A DNA stretch of 64,000 nucleotides from Syntrophales bacterium (GTDB taxonomy: Bacteria; Desulfobacterota; Syntrophia; Syntrophales; UBA2210). The stretch lies in contig JAQULO010000001.1 in NCBI GenBank assembly GCA_028718565.1, positions 27,736 to 91,735 on the forward strand. The letters run 5' to 3'. A program made the translations under genes and the position numbers. Positions 17,798 through 28,003 of this stretch are shown piece after piece (position 1 is the stretch's first letter; each line of letters starts with the position of its first letter). The notes under the pieces are model-generated. The model did no database searches. It had not been told where the DNA came from and worked only from the letters and a program-made list of their open reading frames with translations.

Positions 17798-18973
17798 ATG
17801 GGTAGGAAATCTAAATACGAAAACACTATAAGCAAGCAATACGGTGAGTTGATGGCTTACTGCAAGGGCCATATGGAACAGATGGATAAGACGTTACCGG
17901 AACCGGTTGAAGATTTCCAGACGCTTTTGCAAGAGCGTGGCATCAGTAGAAGAAGTTTTATCAAGTGGACATCGTTGATGACTACAGCGTTGATGCTGCC
18001 ACCCATCTTCCGTCCCATGGTCGCCAAAGCAGCAGAAAATTTTAGTCGTCTTCCCGTCGTCTGGCTTCATTTCGCTGAATGCACGGGTTGCAGCGAAGCC
18101 TTATTGCGTTCTTCTTATCCCAATGTGGACGACATTCTCCTGGACACTATTTCTTTGGAATACCATGAAACACTGATGGCAGCCGCCGGTTATCAGGCCG
18201 AACAGAATCTGGAAAAGGCAATCAACGATTTTAACGGCAAGTTTATCTGTGTCATTGAAGGCGCCCTGCCTCAGGGGCTGGATGGAAAATACCTGACCCT
18301 TGGCCCCAAGGGAAAAACAGGCGTTGAAGTGGCCAAGGAAGTAACATCCAAGGCAGCAGCGGTCATTTGCATTGGTAGTTGTTCTTCTTTCGGCAACGTT
18401 CAAGCCGCCAAACCAAACCCAACGGATTCAGCTGGAATTGGGGATGTATTGGGAATTACAACTGTTAACATCGCCGGTTGCCCGCCTAACTCTGCCAACT
18501 TCACGGGAACCTTGCTCCATTTTCTGATGTTCGGCGCGTTGCCGCCCCTGGATTCTCTGGGAAGGCCTACATGGGCTTACGGCAAGCGAATCCACGACTT
18601 CTGTGAAAGACGGCCCCACTATGACGCAGGAGAGTACGTGGAAGAATGGGGTGACGGCGGCGCAATGAAAAGCTGGTGTTTATATAAAGTCGGCTGCAAA
18701 GGGCCGTATACGTTTGCAAACTGTAGCAAGGTCCGATTCAATGACGGTGTCTCATGGCCGGTTATGGGCGGTCATGGGTGTATGGGGTGCACCGAACCCG
18801 GATTCTGGGATACCATGGCCCCTCTTGAAAAACCCATTGCAGATACGACCATCGGTGGCGGTGAAAAGACGGTTGACAAGATTGGCGCCGTTTTAACAGC
18901 CGTTACCGTCGCAGGCGTTGCCGCTCACGCGGGTCTGAGCGCCATCAAGCACAGGGGACAAAACAAAGAATAA
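17798..18973 (+). CDS. hyaA: [NiFe] hydrogenase small subunit, Tat signal
   Basis: Twin-arginine motif SRRSFIKW, Fe-S cysteines (ECTGCSE, GSCSSFG, GCPPN, CxxC...) and a C-terminal TM anchor. The true start may be an internal Met (MEQMDK...). Confidence 0.93.
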   Translation: MGRKSKYENTISKQYGELMAYCKGHMEQMDKTLPEPVEDFQTLLQERGISRRSFIKWTSLMTTALMLPPIFRPMVAKAAENFSRLPVVWLHFAECTGCSEALLRSSYPNVDDILLDTISLEYHETLMAAAGYQAEQNLEKAINDFNGKFICVIEGALPQGLDGKYLTLGPKGKTGVEVAKEVTSKAAAVICIGSCSSFGNVQAAKPNPTDSAGIGDVLGITTVNIAGCPPNSANFTGTLLHFLMFGALPPLDSLGRPTWAYGKRIHDFCERRPHYDAGEYVEEWGDGGAMKSWCLYKVGCKGPYTFANCSKVRFNDGVSWPVMGGHGCMGCTEPGFWDTMAPLEKPIADTTIGGGEKTVDKIGAVLTAVTVAGVAAHAGLSAIKHRGQNKE

Positions 18974-19017
18974 GCTCCTCATAGCAACAAGAAGACAATC
19001 TTCCCAGGAGGAATAGC

Positions 19018-20688
19018 ATGTCACAAAGAATCATCATAGATCCAATCACACGAATTGAAGGACACTTGAGAATAGAGGTCGAGGTTGAGAATAATATCAT
19101 TAGAGACGCATGGGCAAGCATCACCCTGTGGCGTGGCATAGAAACTATTTTGAAGGGAAGGGATCCGAGGGACGCGGGGCTCATGGTTCAGCGTTTCTGC
19201 GGTGTTTGCACCTATTCCCATTACGAGTCAAGCATTCTGGCCTGTGAAGATGCCTTCGGGGTAAAACCGCCACCCAACGCGAGAATCGTCCGTAATTTGA
19301 TTAACGGCGCCCAGTTCCTGACCGACCATGTCATGCATTTTTATCATCTTCACGGCCTGGACTGGGTAGACATTGTCAGCGCCCTTTCCGCGAATCCTAA
19401 AAAAGCCGTTGAAATGGCAAAAGGTTATCATTCTAATCCATATAACTGTTCTGAAACACACTATAAAGCCGTTCAAGACAGGCTGACAAAATTTGTAAAA
19501 TCCGGCCGACTCGGCCCGTTCTCCAATGCTTACTGGGGCAACCCATCTTTCAAACTTCCCCCTGAAGCCAACCTGATCATCGTGTCCCACTACCTGGACG
19601 CCCTTCAGGTCTCCAAGGTCGGCGCCCAGATGATGGCCATCTTCGGCGGGAAAAACCCCCATCCGCAAACGCTTGTTGTCGGCGGCATTACTTCCGTCGC
19701 GGATGCGCTTGATGTACATCGCATAGGGGAATATCTCTTCCGACTGAAAGAACTCAAGAATTTCGTCGAAACGGCATACATACCGGATGTACTCATTGCG
19801 GCGACCCATTACAAGGATGAAGGCGCAGACGGTGTCGGTGCCGGGGTGAAGAACTATCTTGCCTACGGTGGCTTCCCCCTGGATGATAATTGGAATAAAC
19901 TGTTATTCCCCAGAGGCAGGGTCGTGGATGGCGATATCGCCAATCCCCTTGAGATGGACGAGAGGAAAATCACGGAAGAGGTCTTCCATTCCTGGTACAA
20001 AGACGGCGAGGGCCTCCATCCCTTTGACGGCAAAACGGATCCCGACTACACCGGTTACGACGAAAACTCACATGTGAGAGGAGATGAAAAATACTCCTGG
20101 TGCAAAACCCCGCAATACGACGGACAGCCTTACGAAGTCGGCCCATTGGCGCGTTTTATTGTCGCTTACGCCCAGGGCCACACAGAAATCAAAAATCTGG
20201 TGGATACTACACTGAAAGCGGCGGGCCTGCCCGTTACCGTTTTGTTCTCCACCCTGGGACGAACGGCCGCACGCGCGCTGGAAACAAAGTACATAGGAGA
20301 CCACATCGAGGAATGGGTCAACGAACTGGTGACAAACATTAAAGGGGGCGATACCAGAACGTGGACACGATGTGATGTCCCCGAGAAAGGTCAGGGCCGT
20401 GGCATGGTCGAAGTTCCAAGGGGCGCATTGGGACACTGGGTCAAAATCGAAAACAGGGTTATTTCCAATTACCAGGCCGTCGTGCCCTCGACGTGGAACT
20501 GCGCACCGAGAAACAAGTCCGGCGTAAAGGGCCCCTATGAACAGGCCCTGATCGGCACCAGACTGGCCAATGTTGATCAACCCCTTGAAATCCTGAGAAC
20601 GATTCATTCCTTTGATCCATGTATGGCCTGTGCGGTTCACATCATAGATCCAAAGACCAATGAAGTGAGGGAATTTAAGGTAGCCTAA
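19018..20688 (+). CDS. hyaB: [NiFe] hydrogenase large subunit
   Basis: N-terminal RIEGHLRIE and RFCGVCTYSH. The C-terminal DPCMACAVH is followed by a 15-aa extension (IIDPKTNEVREFKVA) of the kind removed by the maturation protease. Confidence 0.95.
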   Translation: MSQRIIIDPITRIEGHLRIEVEVENNIIRDAWASITLWRGIETILKGRDPRDAGLMVQRFCGVCTYSHYESSILACEDAFGVKPPPNARIVRNLINGAQFLTDHVMHFYHLHGLDWVDIVSALSANPKKAVEMAKGYHSNPYNCSETHYKAVQDRLTKFVKSGRLGPFSNAYWGNPSFKLPPEANLIIVSHYLDALQVSKVGAQMMAIFGGKNPHPQTLVVGGITSVADALDVHRIGEYLFRLKELKNFVETAYIPDVLIAATHYKDEGADGVGAGVKNYLAYGGFPLDDNWNKLLFPRGRVVDGDIANPLEMDERKITEEVFHSWYKDGEGLHPFDGKTDPDYTGYDENSHVRGDEKYSWCKTPQYDGQPYEVGPLARFIVAYAQGHTEIKNLVDTTLKAAGLPVTVLFSTLGRTAARALETKYIGDHIEEWVNELVTNIKGGDTRTWTRCDVPEKGQGRGMVEVPRGALGHWVKIENRVISNYQAVVPSTWNCAPRNKSGVKGPYEQALIGTRLANVDQPLEILRTIHSFDPCMACAVHIIDPKTNEVREFKVA

Positions 20689-20704
20689 AGTCAATAAGGA
20701 GGTC

Positions 20705-21379
20705 ATGGTGGAAACAATAGTACCAAAAAAAGAATGGTCCGTGGCCATAAGGCTCAATCACTGGAGCACGGTGGTTGCCATATTTATACTGATTGCGACG
20801 GGTTTTTATATTGCGGCCCCCTTTACCGTCAACGCAGGAGAAACGGTAAATAAGTTTTTGATGGGGGATGTACGCTTCTGGCACATCTTCTTCGGTGTCT
20901 TGCTGGTATTCGCCTTTCTCTGGAGGGTGTACCTGGCGTTCTTCTCCCGATTCCATGCGGATTGGAAAGACTTTTTCGCGTGGACAGACAAGAAGAATTT
21001 CATCAAACAGATCAAATTTTACTTGCTTATCTCAAAGGAACGGCCCGACCATAATTATCTCTATGGGCCGCTGCAGTCATTGGCATACGCAGGGCTGCTC
21101 TTCCTGCTGTTCTTGATTGTTTTGACGGGACTTATTCTGCTTGGAGCGGGTTATCACGCGGGATGGACCAGTTTGGTCTATACACTGGTCAAGCCTTTTG
21201 AAAACCTGATGGGTGGCTTGGCCGTGGTCAGATGGATTCACCATATCCTGACCTGGTGTTTCATCCTGTTTATCGTGGTGCATGTTTACATGGCATTCTG
21301 GTACGATGCCGTCTTGCAGGAGGGCACCATATCGTCAATGATCAGCGGCAAGGTTTTCAGAAAAAACCACAGCAAATAG
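20705..21379 (+). CDS. hyaC: Ni/Fe-hydrogenase b-type cytochrome subunit
   Basis: 224 aa with four TM helices and a RLNHW-type N-terminus. Third gene of the structural operon. Confidence 0.88.
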   Translation: MVETIVPKKEWSVAIRLNHWSTVVAIFILIATGFYIAAPFTVNAGETVNKFLMGDVRFWHIFFGVLLVFAFLWRVYLAFFSRFHADWKDFFAWTDKKNFIKQIKFYLLISKERPDHNYLYGPLQSLAYAGLLFLLFLIVLTGLILLGAGYHAGWTSLVYTLVKPFENLMGGLAVVRWIHHILTWCFILFIVVHVYMAFWYDAVLQEGTISSMISGKVFRKNHSK

Positions 21380-21416
21380 TTAAGCGTGTGACCTCCATTT
21401 TGATAGATATAAAGAA

Positions 21417-21446
21417 AAAGGGGAGATAGTTTGTCTCCCCTTTTTT
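21417..21446 (+). terminator. Rho-independent terminator after hyaC
   Basis: GGGGAGA-tagtttg-TCTCCCC hairpin followed by TTTTTT. Confidence 0.8.
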
Positions 21447-21458
21447 AAACGCAAGGTT

Positions 21459-21959
21459 ATGAAAAAAAAGAATTTTATAACCGTATTAGGACTGGGGAAT
21501 ATCCTTCTTTCCGACGAAGGGTTCGGCGTGCACTTTATCCGGTGGTTTTCAGAGAGATACCGTCTGCCGGATGACGTTGAGATGATTGACGGGGGAACTC
21601 TTGGTTATGCCCTGCTTGACCAGATAGGTGACTGCCAACACCTGATCGTACTAGATGCCATCAAGATGCAAGATACGCCCGGCTCCCTGTACCGCTTCAC
21701 ACGGGAAGCCCTTGAACTTCACATGCCCCCGCCCACTTCGGCACATGAGGTCGTGTTTCTGGATGTGATCTGTAAAGCGGAACTTATTGAACAGGCACCG
21801 GATGATGTGATTTTTCTGTGCATCGTCCCCGAAGCGTATGGCGATCTTTGTTTGGAGATGACCGTGACGTCAAAAGAAAAGTTCCCCAATATGGAAACAC
21901 TGTTACTGAAAGAATTATCGATTCACGGAATCGTGCCGGAGAGGACCATTCATGCATGA
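21459..21959 (+). CDS. hyaD: Hydrogenase maturation endopeptidase
   Basis: N-terminal VLGLGNILLSDEGFGVH and an internal DGG motif typical of HyaD/HybD/HupD. Confidence 0.9.
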   Translation: MKKKNFITVLGLGNILLSDEGFGVHFIRWFSERYRLPDDVEMIDGGTLGYALLDQIGDCQHLIVLDAIKMQDTPGSLYRFTREALELHMPPPTSAHEVVFLDVICKAELIEQAPDDVIFLCIVPEAYGDLCLEMTVTSKEKFPNMETLLLKELSIHGIVPERTIHA

Positions 21960-22296
21960 GCTATCCTTGACCCGGTCTATCCTGGATATCATTGAAGACT
22001 ACGCTCGAAGGCATCACTTCAAGAAGGTAAATTCCGTAAAACTTTCTTTCGGCAGGATATCCTCCATTGAGCCTAAATCACTGGAATTTGCCTTTACAAT
22101 ACAATCTAAAGACACGAAAGCTCAAGGTGCACGCCTTGAATTTGATATTTTGCCTGTTGTCATATATTGCATGTCCTGCGGAAAAGACATGGAGGTGGAT
22201 GCTTACACCGCAACATGTCCCGAGTGCCGGGGAGAAGACGTGCTCTTGGCCGGAGGCACTCAGGAACTAAAACTCGTTGAACTGGATGTTGATTAA
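21952..22296 (+). CDS. hypA: Hydrogenase nickel insertion protein HypA
   Basis: MHELSL N-terminus and the zinc site CMSCG...CPECRG. Confidence 0.92.
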   Translation: MHELSLTRSILDIIEDYARRHHFKKVNSVKLSFGRISSIEPKSLEFAFTIQSKDTKAQGARLEFDILPVVIYCMSCGKDMEVDAYTATCPECRGEDVLLAGGTQELKLVELDVD

Positions 22297-22313
22297 AAAA
22301 GAGGTAGCTTTCT

Positions 22314-22544
22314 ATGTGTATCGGGTTCCCCGGTAAAATCGTTTCGATTGACCAGGATAATTACGCCATCATTGATATCAGTGGCACCAGACGGGAGGTA
22401 TGTCTCGATCTGATTGACGAGGATGTGACTATCGGAGATTACGTTATATCCCATGCCGGTTACGCCATACACAGGATCGATGAAGAACTGGCTAAAGACA
22501 AACTCGATCTATTGAGAGAGTTGATTGAAAATGAAATATATTGA
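22314..22544 (+). CDS. hypC: Hydrogenase assembly chaperone HypC/HupF
   Basis: 76 aa beginning MCIGFPGKI, with the essential Cys2. Confidence 0.92.
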   Translation: MCIGFPGKIVSIDQDNYAIIDISGTRREVCLDLIDEDVTIGDYVISHAGYAIHRIDEELAKDKLDLLRELIENEIY

Positions 22545-23619
22545 CGAATATCGAGACCCAGCTTTAGCAAAAGGCCTGCTTGATAAAATTGCAGGGCTGT
22601 CGAAAAAAATTGGACAACCGGTAACTATAATGGAGTTTTGCGGCAGCCATACCTACGCCATCGGTCGCTTCGGAATTCGGAACATGCTACCAGGAAATAT
22701 TAACCTGATTTCCGGCCCCGGTTGTCCTGTCTGCGTAACCTCAATTCACGATGTAGACGTGGCGCTGCATCTGGCATCACAAAAAAACGTTATTTTCGCC
22801 ACTTTCGGTGATATGTTGAGGGTTCCCGGCTCGCACGGAAACAGCTTGCAGAATACCCGTGCCTCCGGCGCGGATGTTCGGGTAGTCGCCTCGGCAGCAA
22901 ATTGCATCTCTCTGGCAGAGACCAACAAAGATAAAGAAGTTATTTTTATGGGAATTGGTTTTGAGACGACCTCTCCCACAATCGCTTCAACAATTCTGAC
23001 CTGTCATAAAAAAAGGATTCCCAACTTCTCCGTTTTTCCCGTGAACAAAGTCATCCCCCCCGTCGTCATTGCCCTTATCGATGATCCGGCGCTCAACATT
23101 GATGCTTTCCTCTGCCCGGGACACGTGAGCACTATCATCGGAACGAACGCATATGAGCCCATAACTCAGGCAGGCCGGGCCGCCGTCATCACGGGTTTTG
23201 AACCAGTGGATATCCTGGAAGGCATCTTCATGGTCCTGGCCCAGATTACGAAAAACAGAAAAACCGTCGCCATTCAGTACAGCCGCGGGGTAAAACCGGA
23301 AGGAAACCCACGGGCCAGGGAAGTCATGACGTCAGTGTTTTACCGGGGCTCCTCGGAATGGAGGGGACTTGGCACCATTCCGGAAAGTGGTCTTCTCCTT
23401 AAAGAATCCTATAAAGCATTTGATGCACTGAATAAATTCGAAGTGCCCGAAATACGTTCCATAGAGATTAAAGGTTGCTGCTGCGGTGATATCCTACGGG
23501 GGATAAAGACTCCAAACGAGTGTCCTCTGTTCAAACGCGTCTGCAACCCTTTGAACCCTGATGGCCCCTGTATGGTTTCCTCGGAAGGTACATGCGCGAC
23601 CTACTATAAATATCATTAA
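22525..23619 (+). CDS. hypD: Hydrogenase formation protein HypD
   Basis: Motifs GPGCPVCVT, GFETTSPT, CPGHVS and a C-terminal Cys cluster. Confidence 0.93.
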   Translation: MKMKYIDEYRDPALAKGLLDKIAGLSKKIGQPVTIMEFCGSHTYAIGRFGIRNMLPGNINLISGPGCPVCVTSIHDVDVALHLASQKNVIFATFGDMLRVPGSHGNSLQNTRASGADVRVVASAANCISLAETNKDKEVIFMGIGFETTSPTIASTILTCHKKRIPNFSVFPVNKVIPPVVIALIDDPALNIDAFLCPGHVSTIIGTNAYEPITQAGRAAVITGFEPVDILEGIFMVLAQITKNRKTVAIQYSRGVKPEGNPRAREVMTSVFYRGSSEWRGLGTIPESGLLLKESYKAFDALNKFEVPEIRSIEIKGCCCGDILRGIKTPNECPLFKRVCNPLNPDGPCMVSSEGTCATYYKYH

Positions 23620-23654
23620 CCGCAATTTGATATTGTTCGTGGAAGGAGCAGAAA

Positions 23655-24320
23655 ATGAAGATCAGTGTCGTAAAAAATGTGTTGGACGCAAACGACCGGA
23701 TTGCTATGGACAATCGGACGTTATTCGATACAAACAAGACCTATGTCATCAACCTCATGAGCTCTCCGGGCGCGGGAAAGACAACGCTTGTGGAAAAAAC
23801 AATCGAGGCACTTAAGGACAAGTACGTCATATCTGTTATCGAAGGAGATATTCAAGATACGTGCGATGCCGACAGGGTCGCCAAACTGGGTATTCCCGTG
23901 GTGCAGATCAACACGGGCGGCGCCTGTCATATCGACGGGAACATGGTCCGTGAGGCTTTGCCCGCCTTCAATCTCGAGAAGACTGACCTGTTGGTAGTGG
24001 AAAATGTCGGAAATCTCGTCTGTCCTGCTGAATTCAAGGTCGGCGAAAACGTCAAAGTCATGATTTTAAGTACCCCCGAAGGCGCCGATAAACCTGCAAA
24101 ATACCCCCTGATGTTTCAGGAATCTTCGGTCATGATTATCAACAAGATGGATCTTATCCCCTACGTCGATTTCGATATGAAACGGGCCAAGAGGGACGCG
24201 CTGGTAAGCAATAAGGACCTGAAAATATTTGAGGTATCATGTAAGACATCTTCGGGGCTATCAGATTGGTTCCAGTGGCTCGAGGATCAAATAGAATCTT
24301 TTAGGAAGTCAAGCCCGTGA
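23655..24320 (+). CDS. hypB: Hydrogenase nickel incorporation GTPase HypB
   Basis: P-loop SSPGAGKTTL, plus ENVGNLVCP and NKMDL. Confidence 0.93.
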   Translation: MKISVVKNVLDANDRIAMDNRTLFDTNKTYVINLMSSPGAGKTTLVEKTIEALKDKYVISVIEGDIQDTCDADRVAKLGIPVVQINTGGACHIDGNMVREALPAFNLEKTDLLVVENVGNLVCPAEFKVGENVKVMILSTPEGADKPAKYPLMFQESSVMIINKMDLIPYVDFDMKRAKRDALVSNKDLKIFEVSCKTSSGLSDWFQWLEDQIESFRKSSP

Positions 24321-26623
24321 TCAAAAGAGTCCGTTATCATTTTGCCGGTATCGTCCAAGGAGTAGGGTTCCGCCCCTTCATCTACCGAATGGCCCGGCAG
24401 CATACCTTGGCAGGTTTCGTGCAAAATCGACCCGATGGCGTTGTGGTGGAAGTCGAGGGCCCCGGCCCATCCATTGACGCCTTTATCTCGGATGTTAATG
24501 CCCACCTCCCCCCTCTTGCGGACGTGATCCATCTTTCCGTGAATGAAGCAACTATTAGGAAGGACAGTGAATTCAAAATTATAGCGAGTGACACGGATGG
24601 CGAGGCGAATGTACATATTACCCCGGATATTGCCACCTGCGGGGAGTGCCTCGGAGAACTGTTTGATCCAAAAGACCGGCGGTACCACTACCCTTTCATT
24701 AATTGCACAAATTGCGGCCCAAGGCTGACCATCATAGGCGCCATTCCCTATGACCGGGTCAATACTTCCATGGCCTGCTTTCCCATGTGCCCTGAATGTC
24801 TGAACGAGTACCGGGATCCGGCGGATCGGCGTTTCCACGCTGAACCCAACGCCTGTCCGGTATGCGGTCCAAGGCTGACCCTGCTTGACGAAGATGGTCA
24901 GCAATTGCCCACAACAGATCCCCTGCAAACCGCCTGCGATAAGCTCTTCAGCGGTGGCATAATCGCCATCAAGGGGTTAGGGGGCTTTCACCTCTGCGTG
25001 GATGCCTGCAATGACGCCGCCATCAAACGACTGCGGTCACGCAAATATCGTGAAGCAAAGCCACTGGCCATTATGGTCAAGAATATAAAATACGCCTGTC
25101 AGATTGCACGGGTTAACGACGTAGAGAAGGTCCTGTTGGAGTCCTTTCAACGCCCTGTTGTGCTCCTGAAGAAAAAAAACCTGCTGGTTTCGGAAGGGGT
25201 TGCCCCCGGCATGGGCAACCTCGGCATCATGCTGCCTTATACACCCATTCAGCATCTCCTTTTCGAGAAAGGGTTCCCAGCGCTGGTTATGACCAGCGCC
25301 AACCAGACGGATGAGCCTATCTGTATCGGTAATCGGGAAGCCATCACCCGATTGAAAGGGATCGCCGACTTTTTTTTAGTTCATAACCGGGATATCCTGG
25401 TGCGTTGTGACGACTCGATTGCCATGGTCGCCGCCGACAAACCTATCCTGATGAGACGTTCAAGAGGATATGTTTCGAAGCCACTCATGCTTCGGGAAAC
25501 GTATCCAGATATCCTGGCCTTAGGACCTCAGTCGAAAACAACGATCTGCATCTTGAAAGACAACCTAGCTTTTTTAAGCCCCCACATCGGTGATCTGGAA
25601 ACACCTCAGGCACGGGATTTCCTGCATGAAAGCACAAACCTCATGTCTCAAATCGCCCAATGCCGCCCCAAGCGGGTAGCCTGTGACCTTCATCCAGGCT
25701 ATTACACCACGCGGGCTGCCCTTAATATGGAAGACATGGAAGAGGTCATCCCCGTTCAGCATCACCACGCGCATGTCGTAAGCTGCATGGCTGAAAACGG
25801 CATAACAGGTCAGGTCATCGGACTTGCCATGGACGGCACCGGATACGGATCGGATGGCCACATCTGGGGAGGAGAATTTCTGGTTGCCGATGAGGCCGAC
25901 TTTACACGATTCGGACATCTTTCTTATTATCTGTTGCCCGGAGGGGAAAAAGCCATTCACGAACCATGGCGCATTGCAACAAGCCTCTTGCGAAACACCT
26001 TTGGGGATGATGATTGGCATGATTATGCACAACAATTGGATGTTGTACCGGAAGAGCGTTATTACCCCCTGATGGAGAAGATCATGCGCAACCGGATCAA
26101 CAGTCCTTTCACCTCCAGTCTGGGAAGACTGTTCGATGGCGTTGCCGTTATCCTGGGCCTGCGACAAAAAGTCTCTTTTGAAGGACAGACCGCCATGGAA
26201 ATGGAAGCCATCGCCACAAAACAAGAAATGGATTCCCTGCCCTTTGATATTACAGCGGGGGGAAACTGTTTCCTCCTTGACTTTTCCCCTGCTATTCGCA
26301 AGATCACGGAATCTCTTCTCGCCGGACAATCGAAAGGATCTCTCGCATGGGCCTTCCATTATTGCCTACAGAAAGCCCTTTGTGAAATGGCTATTCGCAT
26401 TCGTAAACAAACAGGGCTGAATCGAACGGTACTGACCGGTGGCTGTTTTCAAAACCGTATCCTCCTGGAAGGATGCTTACAGGAATTAGAAGATGCAGGA
26501 TTTGATGTTTTTATCCATCGACGGGTGCCTACCAATGATGGGGGGATTTCTCTGGGACAGGCGGTCTGTGCCAGCGCCAGGGTGAAAACCGGCTTATCTT
26601 CGCCAGGCAAACCGGCACATTAA
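24317..26623 (+). CDS. hypF: Carbamoyltransferase HypF
   Basis: Acylphosphatase-like N-terminus, two zinc-finger pairs (CGECLGEL...CTNCGPR and CPECLNEY...CPVCGPR), then YrdC-like and Kae1-like domains. GTG start overlaps the hypB stop. Confidence 0.95.
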   Translation: MIKRVRYHFAGIVQGVGFRPFIYRMARQHTLAGFVQNRPDGVVVEVEGPGPSIDAFISDVNAHLPPLADVIHLSVNEATIRKDSEFKIIASDTDGEANVHITPDIATCGECLGELFDPKDRRYHYPFINCTNCGPRLTIIGAIPYDRVNTSMACFPMCPECLNEYRDPADRRFHAEPNACPVCGPRLTLLDEDGQQLPTTDPLQTACDKLFSGGIIAIKGLGGFHLCVDACNDAAIKRLRSRKYREAKPLAIMVKNIKYACQIARVNDVEKVLLESFQRPVVLLKKKNLLVSEGVAPGMGNLGIMLPYTPIQHLLFEKGFPALVMTSANQTDEPICIGNREAITRLKGIADFFLVHNRDILVRCDDSIAMVAADKPILMRRSRGYVSKPLMLRETYPDILALGPQSKTTICILKDNLAFLSPHIGDLETPQARDFLHESTNLMSQIAQCRPKRVACDLHPGYYTTRAALNMEDMEEVIPVQHHHAHVVSCMAENGITGQVIGLAMDGTGYGSDGHIWGGEFLVADEADFTRFGHLSYYLLPGGEKAIHEPWRIATSLLRNTFGDDDWHDYAQQLDVVPEERYYPLMEKIMRNRINSPFTSSLGRLFDGVAVILGLRQKVSFEGQTAMEMEAIATKQEMDSLPFDITAGGNCFLLDFSPAIRKITESLLAGQSKGSLAWAFHYCLQKALCEMAIRIRKQTGLNRTVLTGGCFQNRILLEGCLQELEDAGFDVFIHRRVPTNDGGISLGQAVCASARVKTGLSSPGKPAH

Positions 26624-26643
26624 AAAATAGGAAGGTTGCTCAA

Positions 26644-27654
26644 ATGAAAGATGACATCATCCTGCTTGGCCACGGCGGCGGTGGATTGCTGAGCCATGAG
26701 CTGGTTACCCGGAAGTTCCTCCCTCTTTTCAGGAATAGCTACCTGGAGCGCATGGAGGACGGGGCCGTCCTTGAAATTGATGGGACAAAGCTTTGTTTTT
26801 CCACGGATTCCTATGTGGTCAACCCCATCTTTTTTCCGGGTGGAGATATCGGGTCTCTTGCCGTCCACGGTACGGTCAACGATCTGTCCATGTGTGGGGG
26901 CACGCCTTTGTTCTTGAGCGCGGGCTTTATCATTGAAGAAGGCTTTCCCATGGAACAACTTGAAAAAATTATCGCATCCATGGCGCAGGCAGCCGGAAGT
27001 GCACACATCCAAATCGTCACAGGGGATACCAAGGTTGTGGCCCGGGGGGCAGCAGACGACCTTTACATAAACACCACCGGCATCGGTGTCATCCGCTACG
27101 AGGGTACGATTTCCGTCAGCAGCATCGCTCCCGGTGATGTTATCATCCTAAATGGCACCATCGGCGATCACGGGGCCGCCATCCTAAGCAAAAGAGAAAA
27201 TCTCGGATTCAATACGGAGCTTCTTTCCGATTCAGCCCCTCTCAATGGGCTCGTGGAAAAGATTCTGAAGGCAAGTCCTAATATCCACTGCATGCGTGAC
27301 GCCACTCGTGGGGGGCTCGGCGCGATTATGGCCGAAATTGCCGATCAGTCAAGATGTCAAATCATTCTCGAAGAAAAAGAGATCCCCGTGAAAGACATCG
27401 TCAAGGGGATCTGCGAAATCCTGGGGTTTGATCCCATCTTTTTAGCTAATGAGGGGAAAATGGTCGTATTTTGTTCCCAGGCGGATGCCCAAAAAGTTTT
27501 GAAAACCATGAAGGCCCACCCATATGGCACAGGTGCTGCGATAATAGGGCGGGTTGGGGAAAAGAACACCGGACGTCTCATTTTAAACACGCTTATCGGG
27601 GGCTCCAGGGTAATAGATTTGCCGCCGGGGGAACTGGTTCCTCGTATTTGCTGA
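26644..27654 (+). CDS. hypE: Hydrogenase expression/formation protein HypE
   Basis: AIR-synthase-like fold with the diagnostic C-terminal ...PRIC. Confidence 0.93.
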   Translation: MKDDIILLGHGGGGLLSHELVTRKFLPLFRNSYLERMEDGAVLEIDGTKLCFSTDSYVVNPIFFPGGDIGSLAVHGTVNDLSMCGGTPLFLSAGFIIEEGFPMEQLEKIIASMAQAAGSAHIQIVTGDTKVVARGAADDLYINTTGIGVIRYEGTISVSSIAPGDVIILNGTIGDHGAAILSKRENLGFNTELLSDSAPLNGLVEKILKASPNIHCMRDATRGGLGAIMAEIADQSRCQIILEEKEIPVKDIVKGICEILGFDPIFLANEGKMVVFCSQADAQKVLKTMKAHPYGTGAAIIGRVGEKNTGRLILNTLIGGSRVIDLPPGELVPRIC

Positions 27655-28003
27655 GGAAACATCAGGGTGTCTGAGCCCGAGTTTCCTGGAATGTTGATTC
27701 TTCAGTCTACCATTTTTTTGATAAGGCTAAAGGGGGAGAGATTTTGGTTGTACGGGAGATTACGGAGGCTATGGATAGACGATGAGATCGCAAAGGAGCA
27801 TTGGCATCTGCCTATAATCTCCTCCATCGACACGGGTGGCTCAAACTGCGCCCGGAACAAACGACATCCCCGCGTTCCGGTCAGGACGCGAATCACCCTC
27901 TAGCTCCCTCCGGCGAATCCGACCTCTTGATAAAATCCGTTTTCATACCCCCGTGATATCGCGGGGGCACTAACTTGTACAAGAATTGTTTTGTGACAAC
28001 CCC

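Noticed and set aside
20620-20688. Possibility of a [NiFeSe] hydrogenase
   Set aside because: The C-terminal active-site motif is DPCMACAVH with Cys codons, and the large subunit has no in-frame TGA.
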